Origin: Octopus vulgaris | Lineage: Eukaryota | Direction: 5' to 3' | Assembly: GCA_951406725.2 (NCBI GenBank) | Contig: OX597817.1 | Span: forward strand, 131,006,001-131,070,000 | Length of the DNA: 64,000 nucleotides | Shown here: positions 54,367 to 64,000 of the stretch, piece after piece | How positions within the stretch are numbered: the stretch's first letter is position 1 | Layout: each line of letters starts with the position of its first letter | Position numbers and translations under genes: made by a program | Notes under the pieces: model-generated | The model's input: only the letters and a program-made list of their open reading frames with translations | The model's database searches: none | What the model was told of the DNA's origin: nothing

Positions 54367-54699
54367 GGAAATAGATTAGATAAAATCCAGGCTATATATA
54401 TTTCATGGCTAGAAGAATCTCGGAGGAAGAAATTGCCCAAACATGGGGCAACCTGCTATCTACTCGTCGGATCGAACTTACTCAAACGAAGTTTACATTG
54501 CAATTGAGCGACTCCAAGTTCACACGTGGAGGACACGTGCTTCTGGTAGCTATGAAACATATGTAACCGGGATTATATCCCCTCCATTCCCTAATTTCGG
54601 ATTTTTATTCGCATACATATCAAACTCAGCTGCTAGGCGAAAGCTCTAAAGCAGTTTACCTGCTTATCGAAATTCGATATGAATTTAATTGAAATTGGA

Positions 54700-57275
54700 A
54701 CAAATGTCAGCCATCGAGCTGTGGTCATTCTGGAGCTCCGCCATTTGTTGTTGCTGCATAATTTTACTTCACTAATTCATTTTAGAACTTAATATTTGGT
54801 GCATGGGGTAATTTGTCGCTGCTGCCTTCCCTTGTAATTCCTGCTGTGAAGTTGGCTTTTTTGGGACTCTTGACAGTAAGAGATTTAGATTCCTTTTGAA
54901 GACACTTACATCCACTCCATGCATCTCTCTCAGGATTATAGGGAGTATATTGAAGGGCTGCGGGCCTTTAAAGCATAGGCTGTTGCAATATCTTGTCCTA
55001 TATTTTGATGGCACAGTTGGAGCCCTTGGCACTATGCAGTGACGCCCTTTTCTAGCGTTAGTGTAACTCTCAATGCCGAAGTTTGGGACAAGTCCCTCCA
55101 GATGTACATTACGGCATATCTTTACCGTCAACGCTTCAGGGAATAGAATCTCAATCTCTTGAATCTTACCTGATAGTTTATTTGCTGCATAGAAGCTATC
55201 TTCGTGTAGCTTCATTGGATTACCTCAAGTTTTGCAATAAATATTACACTGGTTGGTGACCATTTCTGGGAGCAGTAGTCAAAACGTTTTAAGACAAGTA
55301 TCCTCCAGATGCCCATCATGGTTTTCTGATCTCTCATTTTAAACGATCTAAGAATCCATCTGGTCAGCCGCCTGCATTCCATTGCCAAACTTAGCAATTG
55401 TCACAGGGAACGATACGTCATTAATCAAGTAAAAGCCCTGCCCTTGCACTGACGTTGTCTGCGGGACTGCAATCCCTCTAGGTCCAGTGTATTTAATTGC
55501 ATTGCATTTAGTGTTGCGTGAGAATAGGGCTTGAAACCTGTCAGAATTAAACTGCATGTTATTCTTCTAAGTCCCCTTATATATTTCATCTAACACACGT
55601 TGTAGGTGCATAGCGTCTTCAGCGTTCTGTATCACCTCTGTGACACTTTTGTATCATCGTCATAAGTTGTGATCGGGCTTGCTGTGTAGCTGAAGGCATA
55701 TCTGAGAGGGACATTATACACAGTAGTGGTCCCAAAACAGTACCTTGGGAGCACCGCTCACTATTTGCGTGTCATTAGAGGTGGCCACATTGGCTACTAC
55801 TGCTTGACTTCTATCTCTCAGAAAGTCATGCAGCCGTTCTCCCAGTTTCCTGAGTATGCCAAGATCACACAGTTTGTGACATATCATCCCATGACCAACT
55901 TTGTCGAAAGCCTTTGCAGAGTCGAGATATATCACATCCACGTTTGAGCGCTTGAGGAGTTGTTTCAACACCTAGTCAGAATGTTGTAAGAGCTGCGTTA
56001 GGCATCTTGTTCCTGACTGGAAACCATGTTGGGTGTCAGTCAGCAAGTCATTCTCCTCAATAAAGGTGATTAGTTTTCTTTTATTTGCTTCATGACTTTG
56101 CTGATGTGCGAGGTCACAGAGATAGGTGTGTAGATTTTTGGTTTCTGCTGTGCTACCTCCTTTTTCAATGGGGCATATTTTCCCTTCCTTCAGCTTGCAT
56201 GTAAGTTTGCCACTTGCAAGGAAGCTCTAGAAGAAGAGAGACTGCAGTGATCTTAAACGGTTTTAGGATTCCTGCGAATCAATCAGTGCCAGTAGCTGAG
56301 TTCAGTTCCGTCTCATCTATAGCCCTTATTACATCGTCTTTTTTTATATTGATGTAATCAATCATCACTGCCTCTGTTTTTATATCTACAGTGGCGAAAA
56401 CGTCAGCTGGGTTGGCGACTTGGAAGAGTCCTACGGCTGGAGTGAAAACAATTTTGAATTGCTCATTAACTATTTCACTTATCCTCATTGGCTTTCCTGT
56501 GAGTGAACCATTTTTTCTAGGAGTGGCCCTACTCTGCGGTGCACTGAAGGTGCTTATTTGGCAAAATTATAGAATGCTCTGGGATTAGATTTTATATTGT
56601 CTATAACCTACCCTTTTTTGTCTGCCCCTTCTTTTTCATGGGAGAGTTGCAAATGTTTTTGAATCTGCCGCACTTGTATTTTTCCCTACTTTCAATTTGT
56701 TTGGTTAGGTGATTTGAAATTTTTGTACGCCGTCTCATAAGAACTTTCCTCTCCGTGGGCATTTTGTTCACGTGTACAATGGCCTTACTCTCCGGGACAC
56801 ATTTGAAGCATATGGCTTACATTACAGACATGAAATGCTGAAGATTCATGTCGATGTCCGGTGAGGAGAGATATTTAATCCAGTTTTGTTTGGGGATCTC
56901 TTTCTCAATTTGTTTCTAGTTTATCTTATGGAAGTTCAAACTGGAAAGATTCTGAGTTTCTTGTAGGCTGCATGTCCATGGTTTCCTTGGGTCCGTACAT
57001 TGTCAGCTCTAACATGTTGGGATCCGAGAGTAGCATTGGTCTCACTTTCACAATATGGATGAGATCCATATTATTTGTGAATTAGACATCCAGTATATTA
57101 CATGTCCTGGTTGGTTGGAATACTATTTGCTCCATGTACAAAGTGTTGATGAGCTTCAGGAAAGACTTCAACTGTCCTTGTTCGCAACGCGCCATACTTG
57201 GGAGAGAAAGGCCTTCGGGGCATCCGACACTTAGCAGAATGAAGTCTCCCAGTAGAAGCACACTTATCTGTTGTT
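54700..57275 (-). mobile_element. Heavily degraded CR1-group LINE (endonuclease end plus RT)
   Basis: LLLGDF, ILDV*FTNN, VDVIYLDSAKAFDKVGHG, SGAP..G, FDYCSQKWSP, FNILP motifs with many frameshifts. Confidence 0.85.
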
Positions 57276-57406
57276 CTAATATGGGAAAGGTTTATATCGT
57301 TCTACGTCAATAAAACATGATTGTTCCTCAATGTTGTTCTTTGCACCTTCTCCAGACTGCTCAAGAATTACTAACTCCATGAAACTTGATCCTTGGATAT
57401 TATTGC

Positions 57407-57455
<49 letters not shown>

Positions 57456-57665
57456 ATGTGTGTGTATGTGTTTGTGTTTATTTGTTTGTGTGTGTGTATG
57501 TGTGCGTGCGTGCGTGTGCATGTGTGTGCGCGCGTGTGTATGTGTATGTGTGTGCATATGTATATATATATATATATATACACATCACTACATATATAAA
57601 AATTAACGGAATGGGATAAAAAATTCAAGACTGAGAATAATTTTCAGAACATTTATATAGAGGAG

Positions 57666-57713
57666 GTCTTACAGCTGTTTCCGGGATATTCTATATATCC
57701 CTTCATCAGAGAC
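57666..57713 (-). ncRNA. Type-I hammerhead ribozyme in a PLE pLTR (~57600-58330)
   Basis: Minus strand GTCT-CTGATGA-AGGGATAT-ataga-ATATCCCG-GAAAC-AGCT-GTA-AGAC. Confidence 0.78.
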
Positions 57714-58472
57714 GGTGGGAGAAAATGTTTAAGTAATAGTTATTTTAGGGAAGATATGAAATACAGAGTGAAGTAGAGGAATGAAAACAGATGTGAGATA
57801 CATAAGGATATTGTATCTGCAGTTCCATTATTTAAGCAGAATGGTGCATGTATAAGTTTCCTGTACCTTCTGAGTTAGTTCCAATCGTGATTATAATTGG
57901 TCATTCGAAGCACAGAGTCTTGTAAACGGTGTTATTCGATCGAGGTTTTTTTTTCTTTGAAGTGACTTAAAAGTTGGGATTGTGTTTTTAAGGTCAAATC
58001 AAAAACTGAAAGTGAGAAAAAAGGAAGACAGAAAAACGGAGAGAGACAATAAAGAAATGACGAAAGAGATGTGCTAGCAAGTGGTCAGGATAAAATGATG
58101 GAAGGAAGGAAGAGCTAAAGGGATGGGCAGAGAAAGTGTAGAGAGAAGGTAGGAGTAGTAAAATTGAGTTGGAATGAAGAATATAAGTGAAGTTGCTTAA
58201 GTGCACAGGTTTATGGTGAGTAGTAGAAGAAATAAAGAATTTATAAATGTGAAAATGTATAAACGCATACGTATCCACACATGTATAGTGAGATTTACAT
58301 ACATCAAGAAATATATATAGGCATAGAAACTCTTGTACGTTACATGCATTCACGCATATACACTCTCATTTGTATGTATTTTTGCATATATAAATTCTTG
58401 CATACATAAATTCAGACTCATACACGCGCATAAATATATGCAAGTGTATATACACACACAGAGGCAAGTATG

Positions 58473-58555
<83 letters not shown>

Positions 58556-58871
58556 TCATATATAAAGCCGTACTTACATAAAATATCTATACCTATAATC
58601 ATATATATTCACATGTACCCGCTTGCATGTTCATATATGCATACATACACACATACACATATATACGTATAAATATACATATGCATACACACAGACATAT
58701 ATATGCATATATATATGTACTTATATAATACATACATTCACTCACGTACACATATACATACATATATAACACATACATACACATATACGTATATACACAA
58801 ACTCATACATACGTGTATCTATATATATTATCACACATATATATGTACATACACCACGCATATATACATAC

Positions 58872-58911
<40 letters not shown>

Positions 58912-59129
58912 TATCACACACTCATATATATGTACATACACCACACATATATACATACATACTTAGATATATATATATATATACTTATTTAATTAAATGA
59001 TTGTGATCCGCAAGTATGAAAGAGGAATTAGATAGGGATTAGGAGTTAAAATGTAGATTTATATGGTTATTGATATTACATAAGAAGTGTTGTGGAAATA
59101 TACTGTGTGGATATTTAGGCATTTGGATT

Positions 59130-60212
59130 TGTGGTAGAATTTGAATGTATGAAAAAAGCGGTGGTTGCATGTGCTTATTGCCTCATTATGTTTCTTTAGC
59201 AGTGTTGAAGAGTTGTGCTCTAATATGTGAAGTGCCTCTTTCAGGCAAAACTTGCAAGTTGAGCGTTGACTTTGGTAGGGAAGTCCTCATTCTAATATGG
59301 ACTATGACAAAGTATAGGGTATATTTGTATTTTTGAGATGAAGTATGGGGTTGGCGAGTGTTGTAGATTTACTATGGAGGTGAGCGACAAATCGTTGTTT
59401 AAACAATTATGGTTGATCCTATGTATATGGCTGTAGAATTGTGTAATTACATTATAATTTTTACAATGACGCAAAATAAAATAGTTTCAGGGTGGATCTA
59501 TTAAAGATTGAATGATATTTATGTTGACGAGGGAAGTTGCAGTCTAGTATTGTAAAGAAGGATTTAGCCAAGTTCTAAATGTTAAGTGAGAAGCGGGTTG
59601 TGTACGACAGAATAGAGCGTCCGCCACTTTTTTTAGGGTGCCTAGAAATAATGCTATCTATATTTTTGGAGAATAGAGAGGTTGGTGAGACCTGCTGTTG
59701 TTAGCTGTTTTAGCTGTTTTAACTTTTGATATGGTGTTAAATGTAAGCGTGTGGGGTCCGGGTTGTCTAGGTGTAAGATCTTCCAGGTTTTTATCAGAGA
59801 GTGTGTGTGGTCGCTTGCGATTGTGATGGTTGGTGCGTCTTTCAGATGTGAATTGAGTTATATATTGTTTGAGCCTGGTATTATAGATGTATTTTATTTG
59901 TTGGGAGAAGCCGCTAGCGGGGAGTGCTTGATTGTAATATGGTGCGTGGTTATTGAAAATTTCTTCAGTGGAAGAGAGGTCGGATATACGGTCTGAGATA
60001 TTCTTGATTATGTTATCAAAAGTGGATTTGTGGTGATTGGAATGAATTTAAGATATTGATTAGGTTTGTGGTAAGGGGAGTATTGGGACATTGATAAGTT
60101 TAGAGTTACGTCTAGAAAGGTACAAGTTTTGTGCACAATTTCGAATGTGGTACACAGGTTCAGGTCAGAGAAGAATTTATGCAGATCCTTTCTAGTACTT
60201 TCCAAGGAGGGT
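59130..60212 (-). mobile_element. Degraded Penelope-like element (RT end plus GIY-YIG)
   Basis: TFLDVTLNL..YSPYHKPN; C-terminal PYQSQRSTCKFCLKEALHIL..TCNHR. Confidence 0.75.
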
Positions 60213-60417
60213 TTATCTATGTTATATACATATATACGTGTATATATATATATATACGCATGTATGTATTATGTATATATATATATATATATATATATAC
60301 GTAAATTATATTGGGTAGCGAATATTTTTTAGAAATTTCGCTACCAGTGGCCTAGCATATATGAAAAGTCAATAGACAACATATTCTCAATATAAAGTTG
60401 TGTACATTTAAACACAA

Positions 60418-60570
60418 GAGAAACTACCTATAACAGCTAATTTTATACGCTAGAGGAAGCAGCCAAAGCGATGAAAACCACATTTAATTGGAAATTGCTC
60501 TTAAATGTGGTTTTCATCGCTTTGGCTGCTTCCTCTAGCGTATAAAATTATCTGTTATAGGTAGTTTCTC
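60418..60570. repeat. 70-bp inverted repeat, 13-nt spacer
   Basis: 60418-60487 versus 60501-60570, one mismatch; TA-rich flanks. Confidence 0.92.
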
Positions 60571-60858
60571 TATATACAAACATATGTATGTCTATATTTC
60601 CAACTTAAAGAGAGAAGAAGACACACATAAATTATGGAACAAGAGCAGGTAAACTATTTCGACATTCGACGAAAATTGCAAAGAGTTGATTATTTTGAAC
60701 CAAAGGTCATCGACAGAATGAAATGAAATAGGTGTGGAAAATGGAGAAAGAGAAAAAAGGAGCGAGAGGAAAACGTGTCCGTGTAAATGAGTGCTCACTT
60801 TAAAAGAGATCTAAATTATATTTGTATATACGCATATATATACGTATATATGTATATG

Positions 60859-60949
<91 letters not shown>

Positions 60950-60950
<1 letters not shown>

Positions 60951-61522
60951 CTGCTCGCTCAGTCTGTATCGTAAGGTTCTAGAAAGATACGGCAGCCCTT
61001 TCTCCCTCTACATAGAAAACAACTGGAAGAGATACCTAGATGACTGTTTCATTCTTTGGCATGAAAATATAGAGAAACTTAAAGAATTCCAGTAAAAAAA
61101 ATGTGGAAGACCCAATTGTGGAATATGCAATTATCTAATTGAGAGATCAGAGTTCTCCTTCAAACAGGGACAACGGTTCACTGTGAAAAGCAACTTCACG
61201 TGTGCTTCGGAGAACCTGATATACACACTAACCTGCTCTGTGTGTCAAGAGCAATACATAGGCCAAACAAAAAATAGTTTACGTAAAAGAATGGCCCAGC
61301 ACAGATCCCAGATAAAAATTCCCCAAAACACATAGATATTTGCGCCAACAACAAAACTCCAAGTTTCAGGATTTCCCCCTCTACCAATTCAGGGACGATA
61401 CAACCTCGAGCCAACGAATAAGTAAAGAAGCTCTCTTTATTACAAAATACAGGCCCCTTCTGAACGGGTCTAAGAATAACACAAATACACACGCAAATAT
61501 TACATTCCTAAGAATCCATTAA
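60950..61522 (+). mobile_element. Penelope-like element (Neptune/Naiad-type) with internal deletion
   Basis: [14 protein letters not shown] motif joined directly to CGRPNCGIC linker and NLIYTLTCSVCQEQYIGQT..RMAQH GIY-YIG, ending KEALFITKYRPLLN. Confidence 0.85.
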
Positions 61523-61610
61523 AAATCAGCCCCAATCACAGCTATAACCCATAACGTGCCAACTTTAAGTCATACAACACCTCACTACTTCTACTCATTC
61601 ATATTCTCCC

Positions 61611-61740
61611 TTCTTCTTCTTCTTCTTCTTCTTCTTCTTCTTCTTCTTCTTCTTCTTCTTCTTCTTCTTCTTCTTCTTCTTCTTCTTCTTCTTCTTCTTC
61701 TTCTTCTTCTTCTTCTTCTTCTTTTTTTTCTTCTTCTTCT
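61611..61740. repeat. (CTT)n microsatellite
   Basis: Visible directly in the sequence. Confidence 0.95.
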
Positions 61741-61773
61741 TCCCTTTCTACTTCCTAACTTTATCATTAATGC

Positions 61774-61850
61774 TTTCTATTGAAAGGTTTGTTTATAGAA
61801 TTTGCGTAGGTGTTCTACGCAAATTCTATAAACAAACCTTTCAATAGAAA
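61774..61850. repeat. Perfect 36-bp hairpin, 5-nt loop
   Basis: 61774-61809 is the reverse complement of 61815-61850. Confidence 0.92.
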
Positions 61851-62170
61851 TATTCTCATGAATTGAACAGCAAATGCTAGCCGCCACTGACCACTCAAAA
61901 TACGACAATCAAGGCACTCCCAAATTCTTCCTCCCCTTCTTCTCCTCCTCCTCCTCCTCTTCCTTCTTCTTCTTCTTCTTCTTCTTCTTCTTCTTCTTCT
62001 TCTTCTTCTTCCCTACCAAGAATTCACTACGACCTCGGACCCACAAGTGTAAACAAGAGAGACAGAGAAAGGCAGAAACAAGGAAAATGCCACTTATATT
62101 TGAACACTATACAAATATTCTTTTAAAAAACTTTTCTTTAATTTTTCTAAATTTAATTATTTAATTGTTA

Positions 62171-62207
62171 CAGTTGAAAAGGTCTCAAATGACTGAAACC
62201 GGTACTG
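62171..62207 (+). ncRNA. Degenerate hammerhead in the 3' pLTR of the upstream PLE
   Basis: CAG-TTGAAAA-GGTC..GACT-GAAAC-CG-GTA-CTG; helix III palindrome ACCGGT; core mutated. Confidence 0.55.
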
Positions 62208-62254
62208 AAATGTTCTTTATAAAATCATTTTAGCATTTTCTATCTTGACTTGTT

Positions 62255-62304
<50 letters not shown>

Positions 62305-62335
<31 letters not shown>

Positions 62336-62467
62336 TACAGTGTACTTTCAAACACAAAAGAGATACCCGAAGAATAGGATATCTGACTCGCTAGAAAGTC
62401 AGATATCCTAGCAAGTCAAATATACTATTCTTCGAGTATCTCTTTTGTGTTTGAACGTACACTGTAT

Positions 62468-62509
<42 letters not shown>
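62305..62509. repeat. Imperfect inverted repeat, 13-nt spacer, bounded by (AG)n/(CT)n and (TA)n
   Basis: Arms end at 62394 and start at 62408; several mismatches. Confidence 0.85.
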
Positions 62510-62550
<41 letters not shown>

Positions 62551-62575
62551 TATACATACATATACATACATGCAT

Positions 62576-62606
<31 letters not shown>

Positions 62607-62826
62607 ATAAAATAATAGGGAATAAATCCAAACTTACAGGGAAAAATCAGATTTAGGATTAAATCCAATTTTATAGTAAAATATTATATTATATTAAATT
62701 AGAGATAAAACCACTATTAGGCAAATCAAACAATGAAAAACTTAAACCAATACATAAAATTAATTAATTTATATTATTTTAAATATATATCAAAAGTATT
62801 AAAAGTTTAATAAAAGATAATGAGTA

Positions 62827-62901
62827 AAACACTACGATCGTTTCATGGCTGTCCAATTTGTAATAATTCGAGTTATGGTTACAGTCAATCTTCAGGTAAT
62901 T
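62827..62901 (-). ncRNA. Type-I hammerhead (left arm)
   Basis: Reverse complement of the motif at 62955-63029. Confidence 0.7.
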
Positions 62902-62954
62902 GAAATATTTATCTTAGCGAGTTCATTGCTAAACCTCGCTAAGATAAATATTTC

Positions 62955-63029
62955 AATTACCTGAAGATTGACTGTAACCATAACTCGAATTATTACAAAT
63001 TGGACAGCCATGAAACGATCGTAGTGTTT
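62955..63029 (+). ncRNA. Type-I hammerhead (right arm)
   Basis: TAC-CTGAAGA-TTGACTGT..ACAGCCAT-GAAAC-GATC-GTA-GTG; core intact, helices I and II imperfect. Confidence 0.7.
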
Positions 63030-63156
63030 TACTCATTATCTTTTATTAAACTTTTAATACTTTTGATATATTTAAAATAATATAAATTAATTAATTTTAT
63101 GTATTGGCTTAAGTTTTTCATTGTTTGATTTGCCTAATAGTGGTTTTATCTCTAAT

Positions 63157-63244
<88 letters not shown>

Positions 63245-63363
63245 ATGTGTGTGTGTGTGTGTGTATGTGTGTGTGTATATGTACATATATATATTACAGA
63301 AAAAAGGATAAAAAAATCTTAGGCAGGACGAGTATCTCATGTCATTTAGAATATTTTGGAGAT

Positions 63364-63720
63364 GACTTACATCTGTTTCTGTAATATGCCATGTGATATT
63401 TTAGCATCCCATACACTGGTTATTCTATCATCAGATACAAGGTGGGTATGTGGGGTAGCGCTAGATAACGAATTCACAGTTTATGAAAGAATGAAATAGT
63501 AGAGAAGAACAAAGTGTAAAACAATAGGTATAAGAATACATATCGGTTTCTTCTCGCTACTATTTTACACTTTATACTTCTATCTACTATTCTATTCCTT
63601 TATACACTTTGAATTCTCTGTCTAGAGCTACCCCACATACACCTTCTCTTTGATGATAGAATACCCTGTGTATGGAGATGCTGACCTATCACTTGGGATA
63701 TCCCAGAAACAGCTGTAAAA
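63364..63720. repeat. Old, diverged inverted pLTR pair with a hammerhead remnant in each arm
   Basis: Minus strand CTGATGA..GAAAC-AGAT-GTA (63364-63438); plus strand TTGATGA..GAAAC-AGCT-GTA (63650-63717); TATGTGGGGTAGC mirrored by GCTACCCCACATA. Confidence 0.72.
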
Positions 63721-64000
63721 CAATAAATATACTAAATGAATTGAGTTGCTCGTGCTGCATTGGTTTTGTCGTCCACTTTTCCCCTGTTATACACCTGAAA
63801 CCTCGAAAGCCTACAACGGATCCCTAGCTCCGGCCCAGTTGTGAACTCGGAACCCTACAGATGACCAATTACAGCACTTACACAATTGACCTATTCGTTT
63901 AGACGACTTTTTATGAGCTACTAATATTTTCATGTAAATGGAAACACTTAGACATCACATCATGACACAACTGGTGCCTTCATGCAACCTTAATCTCTGT

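Larger units (their letters stand above)
62691..63163. repeat. About 230-bp near-perfect inverted repeat (inverted pLTR pair), 13-nt spacer
   Basis: 62691-62921 versus 62935-63163; one mismatch and one 2-nt indel seen; (TA)n flanks. Confidence 0.93.

Noticed and set aside
54440-54690. CpG-containing segment with two CACGTG boxes and a minus-strand GTAAGT
   Set aside because: No open coding exon or homology recognised; function cannot be supported
61098-61260. Selenocysteine-type PLE endonuclease
   Set aside because: All Cys positions here are TGT/TGC; no in-frame TGA at conserved Cys sites

Overview
AT-rich, microsatellite-dense animal genomic DNA. It most resembles an octopus (coleoid cephalopod) genome, inferred from the [11 protein letters not shown]...HTGEKP zinc-finger style and the SINE/LINE types; this was not verified by any search. 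The core (about 12.2-47.3 kb) is a tandem, same-strand array of duplicated C2H2 zinc-finger gene units, each with an NRF1/ETS-like promoter, a non-coding exon 1 and one coding exon. Two ORFs are open (9 and 10 fingers), two are pseudogenes and one is a stub. The rest is nested transposon debris: Gypsy gag, RTE, CR1, Tx1, Hero-like LINEs, mariner/Tc1, MITEs, tRNA-SINEs and several Penelope-like elements (PLEs). The most notable hidden layer is RNA-level: about eleven type-I hammerhead ribozyme motifs, some intact and some decayed, each with a short palindromic helix III. They occur as a 533-nt tandem retrozyme-like repeat and as fold-back inverted repeats inserted in (TA)n tracts. Three of the fold-back repeats have 13-nt spacers. 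Most short ORFs in the track are microsatellite artefacts. TE boundaries are approximate, read by eye.
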